A DNA stretch of 63,690 nt, filler included, from Octopus bimaculoides (GCF_001194135.2; 4 parts of 3 records of this genome joined end to end with filler, not necessarily neighbours in it), one strand, 5' to 3'. Positions 1 through 13,028 are shown, counted from the whole stretch's first letter. Notes: a model not told the origin generated them from the sequence alone. A program made the numbers and translations.

Positions 1-1000
1 TTAAACTTAATTTCCATTGACATATTTGCATTTCAAAAAATTAAAATTATAATCTTTTCCATAAATCAATTTCGTAAACGTTTTATACGATGACGTCACA
101 TTTTCTATATGCGTGTACCTTAAAAGACATCAATCATGACGACACACACCTTCACTCACTCACTATCTCTCTTTCTCATTCCTTTTCTCACACGCGAACG
201 AACACATGCACACACACACACACATGTTCATTTCATATAGACGTACATACATCTTTCACTTTCTCTGTCCTTTTTGCTTTCTCTTCTTTCAATTTCTGCT
301 CTCTTCAAATAATTTTTTATGGAATGAGCAGGAGAAACACAGAAAAGACGTAATCTCTCCATAAAGCAAGGAGGATTGTAGAAAACTGAAGGCGAGAGTG
401 TGAACAGAGAAACGAGATGAGATTTTCTCAACATCTGCAAATGCATATTGCAGCATTTAATGCTGGCTTATTAAATCAATGTTTTAATGATTAGACAGAG
501 GTCCAAAGGAATAGCTCTCAGAAAAAGACTACGTATAAATTCGTTCTTCACAACTCCTGAAGATGTTTTCAGATATGATCCATCCCATTCTTATAAAAAT
601 GATAACTCTGTCCAAATTGGTGTGCTAAACACAAATTGTCGTTTCTGTATAGCTTTAAAATTTTCAAATGAAACAAATAGTATGTGCTGCTCAGGCGGTC
701 AGGTAACATTGCCAGCACTACCAGCTCCTTCTCAACCTCTTATGGATCTTCTAGAAGGCACTTCCATCCAGTCAAAGGATTTTCTGAACAATATCAGACA
801 ATACAACTCTGCATTTCAAATGACATTGTTTGTTGCATCTAAGAAGATAGATGAACATGAATTTATGCCAACGTCAAAGTTCAAGGGCAAGTCTATCACC
901 TCATTAGTTCCCTGTTATCCACAAATGAACAACCACAGTTCCTCCAAATTTGCTTTATGAGTGATGTAGGACAACAAACCCGAACGAGGTGTTAAAATTT
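1..1000 (+). mobile_element. Helitron Rep N-terminal fragment (decayed)
   Basis: ORF 487-960 has CIALKFSNETNSMCCSGGQVTLP...SKDFLNNIRQYNSAFQMT. A shifted frame continues KVQGQVYHLISSLL. Both are typical of the Helitron Rep N-terminus. Truncated near 1000. Confidence 0.8.
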
Positions 1001-1300
1001 CAGATGATGGGTCGTGTTAGACACAGCGCTGACAACTGCAAAAGAGAGTATGTACACTGACACCTTTTCGGTGCGTTCAAAAATCACATAACCCAAACCT
1101 CCAATTTTCCATGACAAGTTACAGCCTAAAATATTCCAGACACATAGCATGTTGCTTAGTCGAATTAGCCCATCCTTTACTCCACAAATGTTTTGTTGTC
1201 AATACTGTACTTTCCCAAATCAACTGTTTCAACATAACTATAAGATATAGACTATGCCGTTTTAATCTTGAGCAATGCTGGGTACCTCTGCTATTGTATA

Positions 1301-1650
1301 TATTGGGTCGGCAACTGAATTACCACGGTTTTTTTAAATTTAGATTTTTTTTAAAGGTTTAATAAAAAATAACAACTAATTAATCAATAATGTATTCACC
1401 CTTGTTGTTTACAACTTCTTCCCCACGTTCAACAAGATTTTCAATACCTCATTGGTAGAAATCATCTGATTTCAACTTGATAAATTGATCCAACCAAGCT
1501 CTCAATTCTGCATCAGTATTGAACAAAACTCCACACATAGCATTTGAAAGAGATCGAAAGAGGTGGAAATCCGTTGGTGCCAAATCAGGAGAGTATTGCG
1601 GGTGTGGCAGCACTTCCCAGCCATGCATTAAAGGCAATGGGCACATACAC
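1301..1650 (-). mobile_element. mariner transposase C-terminal fragment with one TIR
   Basis: WEVLPHPQYSPDLAPTDFHLFRSL carries the mariner YSPDLAPxD motif. A TIR-like TATTGGGTCGGCAACTGAATT starts at 1301. Confidence 0.85.
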
Positions 1651-2175
1651 AAATGTACCCCACTGACTTTGTGTTTTCATGACTTCTAGAAAAATAGATA
1701 TTTTTTAGTGAAATTTTTTTCCAAATACATTTCAGATGGTGTAGATTCTGATTACATCCGAATTTGTTGTAAAAGAAATGTTTTTTGGGGAAGTAGTGAG
1801 AGGAGTTTCAGAAAATTCACATGAATCAGCTTATTTCTTCATACGTTGCAGAAAAATGAAAAATTTTTCAGAGTATGTAGATGAAAATAGAAAAATTGGT
1901 GGAAAAGCACATACAGATATTGACATGTATCACATATTTTTTTAAAGTTTATTTCATAACAAATTCCAATATAATCAAAATCTACATCATCTGAAGCATG
2001 CTTCTAGAAAATTTCATTAAAAAGTATCCATTTTTCTGAAGAAAGAAGAAAACTGTTGGAACACATGTGTAGGTATGCTGCAGTTAACTCTGGCTGGTTA
2101 CTGTATATTAATGTGCACACATTACGAAGAGTCTCCATAGTAAACATGTCTTTTTAAAATTATAATTATATATAT

Positions 2176-2697
2176 ATCATCATCCATCATTTTGAATCTG
2201 GGTTTTGTCCCCATTAACGGGGTGGCCAGATCTACCTCAGTGCCATAGCAACCACTCTCATACCATCTTGCCCAGTTTTGGGCATCCTCCCTTCTCAAGC
2301 CAACCCTCCCAATCTCCTCCTCCTCCTCCTGTCCCCTCCACATTTTCCTTGGTCTACTTTGCTTTCACTGTCCATTTACCTCAAACTCTAACACCCTCTT
2401 CAGAACATGCTCCTCATCCCTCCTCAACACATGCCTATACCACCACACTCCATTTGCCCTTGCCAGCCGTTCCACTGATTCCTCCAAACTCAGCATCCTC
2501 ATCAAGTTCTCAGTCCTCCTCTTATCAAACAGCCTCACACCACACATTTCTCTCACCATTGCTCTCTCGGTCCCTCTCAAAATTGCCATCTCTCTCTCCC
2601 TCAAACACCTGTCTCACTCCCATACAACATTGCAGCTCTCACACAACTCCTATAAATCTTTCCTTTCATCTTCAACGAAAACCTTTTTCCATATAAC
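2176..2697 (-). mobile_element. RTE-clade LINE 3' fragment
   Basis: ERAMVREMCGVRLFD...WYRHVLRRDEEHVLKRVLEFEV is the post-RT region of RTE ORFs. It ends in a (GAT)n-like tail near 2176-2190. Confidence 0.8.
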
Positions 2698-3365
2698 AAT
2701 AGTAGTGGGGCTCTGAAAGGAGGCTCAGGGAATAGCGTCCTTGCCTTCCTGAGCTAGTTTTCCACCATATTTCTTAAAAATTGTGGTTGAGGCCTTGGTC
2801 TTGGGACCACTCATGTCTAAAAACTGAGGTCAGGGGTAAGCAAGGGCATGCTCCCCATAGAAAATCCAGCTATGGAATAGCCTCATGATAATAGCAAAGG
2901 AGAATGGGCACCAGCCAGCCCAAAGGTTTGGGTGGGCTGCACCTACCTACCTGGAAAAGGAAGGTGCAAACCCTCATCCTGGGTTGTGCAAGTATGACTT
3001 GCCTTATGATGGCTGATGGCCTGAGAAGAAGCTTGGAGTGAGGTTATGAAGTTGGAATGTGGGCAGTCTGTGTGGAAGGGGAAATGAGGTGTGTGAGGAA
3101 TTGAGGAAGAGGAGGGTGGATGTGTGCTGTGTGCAGGAGATTAAGTGGAGGAGCCAGGGTGCAAGATTTGTGGGGGTCAAGGGAAGAAGGTACAAGTTGT
3201 GGTGGTTGGGAAATAGCAGGGGGACTGGAGGTGTAGGAGTTTTGGTGAAGAAAGAAGTCTGTGAGAAGGTGCTGGAGGTCAGGACAAAGAGTGACAGAGT
3301 GATGACAGTATTGTTAGCATTTGAGGAAGAAGCGGTGAGGGTCATTTGTGGGTATGGTCCACAAA
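2698..3365 (+). mobile_element. RTE-clade LINE 5' UTR plus APE endonuclease N-terminus
   Basis: WNVGSLCGRGNEVCEELRKRRVDVCCVQEIKW...GGVGVLV...SDRVM...ICGYGPQ, which are AP-endonuclease motifs of non-LTR elements. Confidence 0.85.
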
Positions 3366-3419
3366 GTGTGCATGTATGTGTGTGTGTGAATGTACATCTG
3401 TTGAAAGAGTTGAATACTA

Positions 3420-4260
3420 TTTTGCTTTATAAGAAAAATGACAAAAGAAGATCTGAGAAACTGTCACCCTCATATGCCTCTTGTCTCAACTCTGCAATCT
3501 GTTTATAAAGGTCATACTCACCACATTGTTGAAATATCTCAACAACACCTGATGGAACAAGCAAGTTTTCAGAACTACCACACAATAGATCACATGTTTA
3601 CTTTAATGCAGCTTCTAGAAAGAGTGTCATCTTTGTTGATTATGAATAGGCCTTTGATGACAATAAGCTGAATGCTGTGCTGAAGTCTCTGGAGATGCAA
3701 GGAGCAGTGAGGTGAATTCAGGATGTACTACCAATGGAACTCTGCTATCACCACCCATAAAAGTTCCAGTCAGAAAGGTCATCAAAAAAAGAGAAATGAT
3801 CTCTCCAAAGTTCTTCACCATATTTTTAAAAAAATGATCATGAGAGACTTTCTTTGGAAAAGTGGCATCAACATCAGTGGCAAACTACTAAACTCCAACA
3901 TTGTGCTCATTGCAGAAATCTCTGATCAATTGCAGATCATATTGACAGAGCTGCATGCACAGGGTTCAACAGTAGGCTTCCAAATAATCTGTATGAAAAC
4001 AAAAAATGTATGGTCCAAAGACATTGTACAAGTCTGAATAGTGGTAGGAAGCAATGGAGTTGAGGAGGTGAAGGTATAAGTCTACTTGGAACAGAGTAAA
4101 TATATGCTGAAAAATGAATGCTGAATAAAAGTAGAAGGAAGATGAGCTCAAAGCACCATTGGATAAGACCATGTGTGCCAATCTCTTCAATAGCATGGGC
4201 TTCTCTGAAGAAGGAAGAATATAGTTGGTTATGACATAGAGGACTATGAAAAGATCCATG
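3420..4260 (+). mobile_element. highly decayed RTE-type reverse transcriptase
   Basis: Fragments EQASFQNYHTIDHMFTLMQLLE and SGINISGKLL..IVLIAEISDQLQIILTEL..STVGFQIICMKTK, with frameshifts. Confidence 0.65.
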
Positions 4261-4795
4261 ATAGGAATATCACTACAGGAACATATACGTACTATAAATA
4301 ATAATCATCATAATTTGATGTCTGTCTTTTAAGCTGGCAAAGGTAAGATAGTTCAGCAGAATCCAGGTAAAGTTGGCAAGAACACGGAAAATAATTCTTT
4401 ATACAGCTGTCTTCATCCATGTTACAAGCTTTTACCAATGCATTCTTCTCTTGCATGCTACATTTGATTTTTGATTTTTTTGCCTAATTTTTCTCTCTAC
4501 ACATATGTACTTTGTTTATATACACTGAAATTGTACATCCATTGTTGCACACTTGCTCCATTTCTTTCTACCATACATCATAATCTGAGTGAGGAGCCTT
4601 TTGTTATCAACAGTACTAATAGCTTTCTGAACTTACTCCAGCCTGTTCTTACTGTGGCAGTTAAACTTTCAGAACATCCTCATCCACTAGATAACAGAAG
4701 CTATCAGCTGCCTCAAAAGTAGCATGTGAGAAAGTCTATTTCCTGTGCACTTTTAGCACTCCTCTTTCAATGGGCATTTGTGTGTGTGTGTGTGT

Positions 4796-4839
<44 letters not shown>

Positions 4840-4849
4840 AAGAGAGAGT

Positions 4850-6000
4850 GAGTTCATATTTCCCACATCTTCAAGTGCATTTGCCATTCATTTGCAGTCC
4901 ACTATGAAAGCATGTCTGGATTTCTCGGCATGTCTTGACATGCTGCATGAGCTTTGTAAACAAAAGGCTTGTTGATATGGTGTTGTTTGTTTCCAGTCTA
5001 ATAACTTTCTAAATCATCCTGTTCTGCATCTATTTGAAGAGTTTTGAACAATTCTACAGTTATTTTTAATTTCATCCAACTCTTCCATCCTATCAAAACT
5101 GGTAAATGTATTATCACAGCATTTGACACACTCTGTTCAAACTATTTTCATACATTTAAAAATTACATTCTCCCATGCTGCTGCAACATCTTTGATGCTC
5201 TGAAGCAAGTTGTACCTTTTCCAGAAGGATCTCAAATCTATCCCCTTGTCATCTGTTGATGCCTGAGCAAATGTTGGTTGCAAATAAAAGGCTTTAACTA
5301 CTGCTATAACATCCATGCTTATTAGTTGAAGGACAGAAGTGCTATTAAGTGGCATGTGTACTACTCTTACATTTGGCTGGATGTCTTGGACATGGGCACA
5401 TGTACAGGTACATTGTCTAGAGCCGTGGTTCTGAACTTGGGTTCATATGACCCTTAGGAGTCCACATAAGATTTTGTTGTTAAAATTTATCTGCAATAAA
5501 TTGGTTATATTTCTACAAGACACAAAATAGTTTTAGCAATTTTTAAATACTTTTAATACTGTTATAAAAGTATAACAGGAGTTTTTTAAACATCAAATAG
5601 CTACGAGGGTCCACCTGAGTAAAATAGGAATTAAAGGGGTCCATAGGTAAAAAATGTTTGAGAACCACTGGCCTAGAGTTAATGAAATCTTGAACAGGAT
5701 TTCTTTTCAAAGCAGTATTTTGGTACATTTGGAATAAAACAATTTGAAAATCAGTCATCCATACTTTCTTCTTTGATGGACAGGCAATGTCCATATGGGT
5801 TTTCGAAACAATAAATTAGAACTGGTTTAGAAAAGTTTATCTTCAGCTAAATTTCCTCTTAATAACAGAGCTATTCAATCCTTAAATCTTTAAATCCAAG
5901 CATAGTTTGTGAATATGTTTTTTCAGGCATCCTCTTCCATTATAAGATGCTCTTGCCGTCACTGAAAATCTGTTCTGCTAAATATGTCCTTTCTAATTAA
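4850..6000 (-). mobile_element. Tigger/pogo-like DDE transposase remnant
   Basis: Frameshifted pieces LAEQIFSDGKSIL*WKRMPEKTY, KPVLIYCFENP, FSNCFIPNV, FKISLTLDNVPVH, PLNSTSVLQ...FWKRYNLLQSIKDVAAAWENV. Interrupted by the hAT MITE. Confidence 0.75.
5423..5670. mobile_element. hAT (Charlie-like) MITE, 248 bp
   Basis: TIRs CCGTGGTTCTGAAC and GTTTGAGAACCACTG. 8-bp TSD GTCTAGAG (5415-5422) / GCCTAGAG (5671-5678), 7/8 identical, fitting the NTCTAGAN target preference. Confidence 0.9.
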
Positions 6001-6044
6001 TTTATCCAAAAGTTTTAATAAACTTTATGACCACTAAAACATTG

Positions 6045-6410
6045 GCACTGGGTTCAGTTCCACTGCATGATACCTTTTACTATAGCTGAGCAAAGCCTTG
6101 TGAGTGGATTTGGTAGATGGAAACTGAAAGAAGTCCATCATATACATGTGTGTGTGTGTATGTATGTATGTGTGTGTGTATGTATGTGTGTGTGTGTGTG
6201 TGTGTTTGTTCCCCATCACTGCTTGACATCCACTGTTGGTGTGTTTATGTCCACATAACTTAGTGGTTCAGAAGAAGAAAGTGATAGAATAGATACCAGG
6301 CTTAGAAAAAAAAGTACTGGGGTCGATTTGTTCAACTAAACTTCTTTAAGGTGGTACCTCAGCATGACTGCAGTCTAATTACTGAAACAAGTAAAAGAGT
6401 AAAAGAATCT
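6045..6410 (+). mobile_element. tRNA-derived SINE, family A
   Basis: B-box-like GGGTTCAGTTCC, body GTGAGTGGATTTGGTAGATGGAAACTGAAAGAAG, internal (TG)n tract, tail ACTGAAACAAGTAAAAGAG. Homologous copies recur across the window. Confidence 0.8.
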
Positions 6411-7389
6411 ATCAATCTGTCTATCTATATATATCTTATCCTATAGCTTTAAAATTGAAGTGGTAGGTTGGGCTATTATTTAATAAAATGACAAGTGAGC
6501 AAGAGCACTAGTGTGAGGGAAACATGGTGGAATAGAGAGTGTGACTGATATCAGGGAAGGGGAGGTCAGAGTTGTGTAAGCAACACATATGGAGTGGCAG
6601 TGGGATAGTAACTTTAATCTTGCTTTCTGTCTCTCACTCTCTCTCTGTCTCAGTCTGTCTGTCTGTCTCTCTCTCTCTCTAACACACACACATACACTCA
6701 CTCACAAATCTATAGAGAAATATTTGACAATGTCTAAACTGAAATTATCCTGAAATAACCAAAGTATTCCTTTTTTCCATTTATGAACAGATGATAAAGA
6801 AGTTACTGTCTGCTAAATACTTCGAGTCAAATCACTTTTTTGTTTTTCAAGACAACGCTTCAAGTCAACATTGAAGGTGAAGTATCTTATTAATTTCGTT
6901 TTTATTATTTACAAAATTATAATCACTCATTCATCTATCATAAAGTTAGAAAGACAGATTTCTAAAGGGAAATTGCTATCATTTAGTATCTTATTGCATT
7001 TGGTGTTGTAATTTTCTGTCATGTTCTGTTCACAAAACCATCTAAAGTTTAAACTGAAGGTGAAGTCACTTACTGAATTTATTGAAAAAATATTCAACAA
7101 TTACATTAATTTATTAATTCACCCCTTTAATAAAGTCATTGCAAAAAATGAGGAAATGTGAGAGGAGGACAAGAGAACAAGAAGGTGACAAAGATAGGGA
7201 AATAAGATTGCAGAAAAAGAAGGAAAATTATAGGAATAATAAAGTACAAGAAAATATAAAGGCCAAAGAAATATGATTGCAAAAAAGGAGAGAAAAAGGT
7301 AGAATAAATAGAAAACAAGAGAATGAAAATGACTGAAAAATATGACTAAAGAGGAGAAAGCTTTCCAGAGAAAATCAGCAGAAAAAGTG

Positions 7390-10300
7390 CAGATGATTTC
7401 AATGGCATTTAATTATGATCCTAATCGTAAATATGCATCTGAAAAAATTGTTTCCCTGGGCTCTATGTACAAAACATGTGAAAAGTGAGGTGCTAGGAAG
7501 TGAGACAAGGAATCATTAGGTATGTGTTGCTCTAAAGGTAAAATAATTGAAAACTTATAAAATATCTTCTTTTGGGTACCACCTCAGAATCAAAACATTT
7601 TCTTTAAACTTTATGACCACTAAAACATTGGCACTGGGTTCAGTTCCACTGCATGATACCTTTTACTATAGCTGAGCAAAGCCTTGTGAGTGGATTTGGT
7701 AGATGGAAACTGAAAGAAGTCCATCATATACATGTGTGTGTGTGTATGTATGTATGTGTGTGTGTATGTATGTGTGTGTGTGTGTGTGTGTGTCTGTCTG
7801 TTCCCCATCACTGCTTGACATCCACTGCTTTTCAAATGACATCATTTGGGGCAAAAATTGTTAGGGAAAGTGGATTTATGCTGACTTTTAAAGTGAAAGG
7901 ACAAATTTATCACAGAATTGGCTCTCTTAAGCCTTTACAGAAAAAAGATCCACAATTTTTACAAATAAGTGATGTTCAAAAAGAAGCACAGTATGGCAAC
8001 AAGAATTGTACAAGATTAAAACTTATTTTTAAGCTGCAAGAAATGCTTCATGAAAAGAATTCTTATGTGAGAAGCTTTCAGTATGCTTTAGAATATACTT
8101 CATGTGTATTTTCAAGTTGTCATCAATGCCAACAAAAGACCAGCTGGAGAACATGTCCATCAATTCAATGTTCCTGAGTGTAACGAAGTGGCTATTATTA
8201 TGGTTGGAGAACAACATGGTAAACAAGATATTGTTTTGAAGTATCGTGACAATAGCATCATGTTCATAAATGAAACTCATCATTCATATGATGCTTTACA
8301 ATATCCCTTGTTTTTTGTTAACGGAGAAAATGGATACTACTTTGGTATATCACAGGTTGGAGGAATCACTTCCAAAAAAACTGTATCCTGTATGGATTAT
8401 TATGTCCATCGATTGATGATTCAAAGTAATTCGTTTAATCATCTTCACTACTGCCAAGATCTTTTTCACCTGTATGTTGTTGATATGTATGCCAAAATAG
8501 AGTTGAAGGGGTTGTACTACATAAAAATGCACCAAAAAGAATTACATTCAGAATTGTACGTGCATCTCAGAGATGGCATTAACAATGATATTGCTGGGAC
8601 AGGACTTGGACAACTTTGTATTCTTCCATCCAGTTTTACAGGAAGCCTAAGATATGTGCACGAGAGAACACAGGATGCCATGACTTGTGTGCGTAATTAT
8701 GGATGTCCTGATCTTTTCATTATTTTTTCTTGTAATCCTAAATGGAACGAAATCCAAGTTGAACTTTTTCCAAGACAAATATACATCAACAGACATAACC
8801 TAATTGCAAGAGTTTTTCATCTCAAGGTTTCGAAATTGATGGACTTTATAACCAAGTCTTACATATTTCGACCAGTATGTTGCCACATGTATACCATTGA
8901 ATGACAAAAAAAAGCAGCCTACCTTACACACATATATTAACCTGGCTTTTGCAGAAAATTCAAACTGATGAGATTGATTCCATAATTTCAGCAGAAATTC
9001 CAAACCCCACAAAAGACAAAGAACTTTAAAGACATTTCAAGAGAAAGTGACACACTTGCAAATGGGGTGGTATATTTGCAGCAATGAGGCTTTTTGGAGG
9101 ATATTTGGCTTCCTTATTCATGAAACAACTCTCTGTTCATTTAGAGAATGGACAAAGAATATATTTCACTACAGAAACTGCTGCTCAACAATCCCTAGCT
9201 CCAAGAGAAACTACATTAACAGCATTTTTCAAACTTTGCCAGAAAGACTTTTTCACTAAAACCCTGTTGTACTATCAATTACCATTATATTATACGTGGA
9301 ACAACAAACAATGGAATCGCAGAAAAAGAGGCACTAAGGTTGATGGTTATCCTGATATCCGGTTTGACAATGTTCTGGGAAGAGTTTATACTGTGCATCC
9401 AACTCAGCAGGAATATTGTTATATACAGTTACTTCTCCAAGAAATTCGTGGTCCCACATCTTTTATTGACCTTCGAACTGTTGATAGTTATATTTGCACT
9501 TCTAATAGAGAAGCAGCTTTTAGATAAGGTTTGTTACAGAGGTTTCTGTGTCTTGCACAGGAGGCAATTTAAGAACACTGTTTGTCATTCTCCTTAAATA
9601 CTGTGATTAGGGGATCCAGCATCAATATGGCTAAGATACAGAAATTATCTTGTGGAAGATTACAAATACCAGATTCAATTACAATATCCTGTCACAAAAA
9701 TAGAATACAGTGATGAAATCTACAATGCTGCATTAATTGCCACTGAAGACAAAGTTGTTTCTATGAGTATAGACTTCTTTATACCAATAGTTATGAACCT
9801 GAGAGTTTAACAACATATCTATTAAATGAAACTTCCTACGACATTGAAGACCTCTCAAGATATGTCAGTGAAAATGAACCTAAATAGCTGCCTGAACAAA
9901 AAGTATTCTACAATACTATACTTGAAAGGGTTTTTGATCAAATGGGAGGGTTTTTTCTCTTGATGCATCTGCATGAACTGGCAAAACATTTGTCACTAAG
10001 CTTTTACTTACCACAGTGTGACAAGAGAAAAAAATAGCTTTGCCTGTTGCTTCTTCAGGTATTGCTGCTACTTTACTCCTGGGAGGAAGAACAGCTCACT
10101 CTACTTTCAAATTGCCCTTGAATATAGCTAGCATTGAGACACCAGTTTGTAATATTAGCAAAACATCTGGGATTGGACAAATACAAAAGGAGAGTTATCT
10201 CATTATTTAGGATGAATGTACGATGGTCAACAAAAAGTCTTTGGAAGCTCTGAATCGAAGCTTGCAAGATTTAAGAAATCTAAATTGTTAATGGGTAGGG

Positions 10301-11390
10301 TTACCACTGTACCCTCAGGAGACTTTCATCAGGCTTTGCCTGTAATTCCAAAGGGCACTAAGACAGATGAGTTAACAGTGTGCTTGAAGTCCTCCTATTT
10401 GTGGAGACATGTAATAGAAATGAGCCTAAGAACATGAGAGCTATTCTTTCAGGTGATGATTTGTCTGAAGAATTTGCTCAAAATTTATGGGAACATGGAG
10501 AAGGTAAGGTACCCTTAGATGAAAATAAGTGTTTAGCTATAACTCTAATTAGTATATCAGTTTCATCTCTCAATGAACTAATAGCAAGTGTTTTTCCAAA
10601 TTTTCAAGACCACCAACAAGTACTTACGTGAAAAGGCAAAACTTGCACCAAAAAATATCAACTGTCAACACCATAAACAATAAGTTATTGGACTGCATTT
10701 CAAGAAATACACAGATTTACAAATCTATAGATTCAATTCCAGATCCTGCAGAGGCTCAATTATCCTGTTGAATTCTTAAATTCTTTGGAACCTTCTGGGC
10801 TTCCACCACACCAACTTCTCTTAAAGGTAGGAGCCATCCTCATGCTACTATGAAACCTTGATCAGCCTCAGTTGTGTAATAGCACTAGACTGGTAGTTAA
10901 TTAATACCTCATATTATTCAGGCTACTATTTTGACTGGGTGTTTTATAGGAGAAGAGGCACTTATACCAAGAATACCTTTGATTCCATTTGACACAGAAA
11001 TACCTTTTGTATTCAAGAGGCTACAATTTCCAGAGAAACTCAGCTTTTGCTATGTCTATAAATAAATCCCAGGGACAAACATTATCTGTTGCTGGGCTAC
11101 AACTTCAAGAACATTGTTTTTCTCATGGGCAACTGTATGTAGCATGTACAAGAGTTGGAAGTCCACACAATCTTTTTACATAAGCTCCGTCTGGAAAAAC
11201 ATGTAACATTGTTTATAAGGAAGTTCTAGATTTACAATAAAATAGTAAATAAGATGAACAAATAACACAATTAAGAGGTGAAAGGATATGGGCTGAAAAT
11301 AGGAGTCTTAAAAATGAAATGTAAAAATGTATTTAGCATGGCAAAACAGTGTTGTATAGTGGTTGGCTCCAGAGTAACACCAGGTAACCC
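7390..11390 (+). mobile_element. decayed autonomous-type Helitron (Rep HUH + PIF1 helicase)
   Basis: Rep motif 1 YGCPDLFIIFSCNPKW and motif 2 TIE*QKK..LPYTHIL. Helicase motifs DASA*TGKT, VASSGIAATLLLGGRTAHSTFKLPL, DECTM, GDFHQALPV, FAMSINKSQGQTL, FSHGQLYVACTRV. Many stops and frameshifts; the motif-3 region is deleted near 9040. A degenerate end motif lies at 11369-11390. Confidence 0.92.
7605..7827 (+). repeat. near-identical local copy of 6019-6235 inserted in the Helitron ORF
   Basis: Shares the non-SINE flank TAAACTTTATGACCACTAAAACATTGGCACT and the private deletions of the 6045 SINE copy. Differs only in the TG tract. Confidence 0.9.
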
Positions 11391-11399
<9 letters not shown>

Positions 11400-11433
<34 letters not shown>

Positions 11434-13028
11434 CGTGTGTAAAAGATGGAAGTGGAAACAACACAGAAGTAAATTTAGGATTCTTTTTAATTAAAAAAAA
11501 ATAAAACGATTTTTATAAAATATTACTGGTTTTGGTGATGTTCATGATATCAAATATTAACACATAAAATTTAGGAATCAAGAATTAAAATTAGAAGTCT
11601 TAACAACATATCTATTAAATGAAACTTCCTATGACATTGTAGACCTCTCCAAATATGTTAGTGAAAAGTGAACCTAAATTGTTGCCTGAGCAAAAAATAT
11701 TCTACAATACAATACTTGAAAGAGATTTTGATCATATTTAAAAGTTTCCTTTTAGATATAATTTATTTGTACAGAGTTTGGCATAAATTTCAAGGGTTAG
11801 AAATGAATAGGTTTCTTTTCTATTATGTTCAGAGAATGGTCAGCTGTGGGGTGTGTGTGGTGGGGTGTGTGGATGCGTGTGGTGGTGTGTGGATGTGTGT
11901 GATTGTCAAACTAATTTATATGTATATTTATATAAGGTAGATGTTAGACATAAATCACTTATGAAGAACTAAAATTAAATATAAAAATATACATGCTCTA
12001 CTTTTACATATTGAATCCTTTTTCTCCTGTGTGTACCACCAAACTTCTTTGTGTGTATATAATTTTATGGTGACCAGGGTAAAAATGTGGCGAATCAACT
12101 ATTGCATGACTTTGAAATTGTGTATATGTCTGTAGACTCTAATTTAAATCCAATAGAAACTAAACTATATCAGCAAGTTTCTTAACAGCCTGGAATCACC
12201 TGTTGTTTCATATCACAGATTCACAATGAAGAGCAGATCCTCAGTTATTCTTTGTAGGAAATTAGATGTTCCATGTTGATACAATGGTACAAGTTTGGAA
12301 CATTTGGTTTTCTAATACAATTGTTTAGCAAAGTTTCAAATAAATACACCACATAACTTTTACAAGTTTTATACTTCTCCACTTTCTATGTTTTAAACAC
12401 CAGGCATTACAATTCTGCAAATAAAAAGTTTTTCAAAATTGCAATTGCTCATCACTTTTTTGTCCTACTTAATTTTTTAAAGTTATGTATGGTAACTATC
12501 TTAATGTTCCGGATTTTTTTAGAAGTATGTTTCAAACATAAGAGATCATGATTCCATGCAAAAATTAGGGCTAGTGTTGGGGGTTGGGTTTAGGATTTAA
12601 TATTAGGGTTAGTATTGTAGTTTAGATTTCGTTCCAGACACAACAGAATTGTAGTTTAGGTTTTAGGGATAAAATTAGGATTAGGATCTTGAGTTAAGTT
12701 TTAAGGTAAGAGCCGAGGGTTAGCATTTAATGTTAGGGTTTTGTGTGAGCACTTAAGATTACAATTTTGAGTTAGGGTAAGGGTTAGTTTAAGCAGAAAC
12801 TGAAAAGGGATTCAAAAGATTTTAATTTGTGTACAAATTTTTTACAGAATTGAACTTGCATGTTTGGAATATAGATATCAAACTAAAAATAAAAAGGCAT
12901 ACAAAATGTTCTTAGTCCAAAATTTCATTTTTTTTTTTGGGGGGGGGGAATATTTACTCTAAGTTAGATAAAGAGCTTTGCAATGTTACTGTTAATTCTC
13001 GGAGGACAATGCCAGGTATTTCAGCTAG
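11400..13028 (+). mobile_element. second, deleted Helitron with 3' CTAG terminus
   Basis: Helicase remnants at 11600-11734 (about 90% identical to 9807-9940) and 12180-12300 (FLNSLESP...ILCRKLDVPC*YNGTSL). Ends GGACAATGCCAGGTATTTCAGCTAG|T with CTAG at 13025-13028. Confidence 0.7.

Noticed and set aside
8104-8904. 266-aa ORF as a host gene or domesticated Helitron
   Set aside because: It is part of a Helitron with stops in motif 2 and Walker A and a deletion of motif 3.
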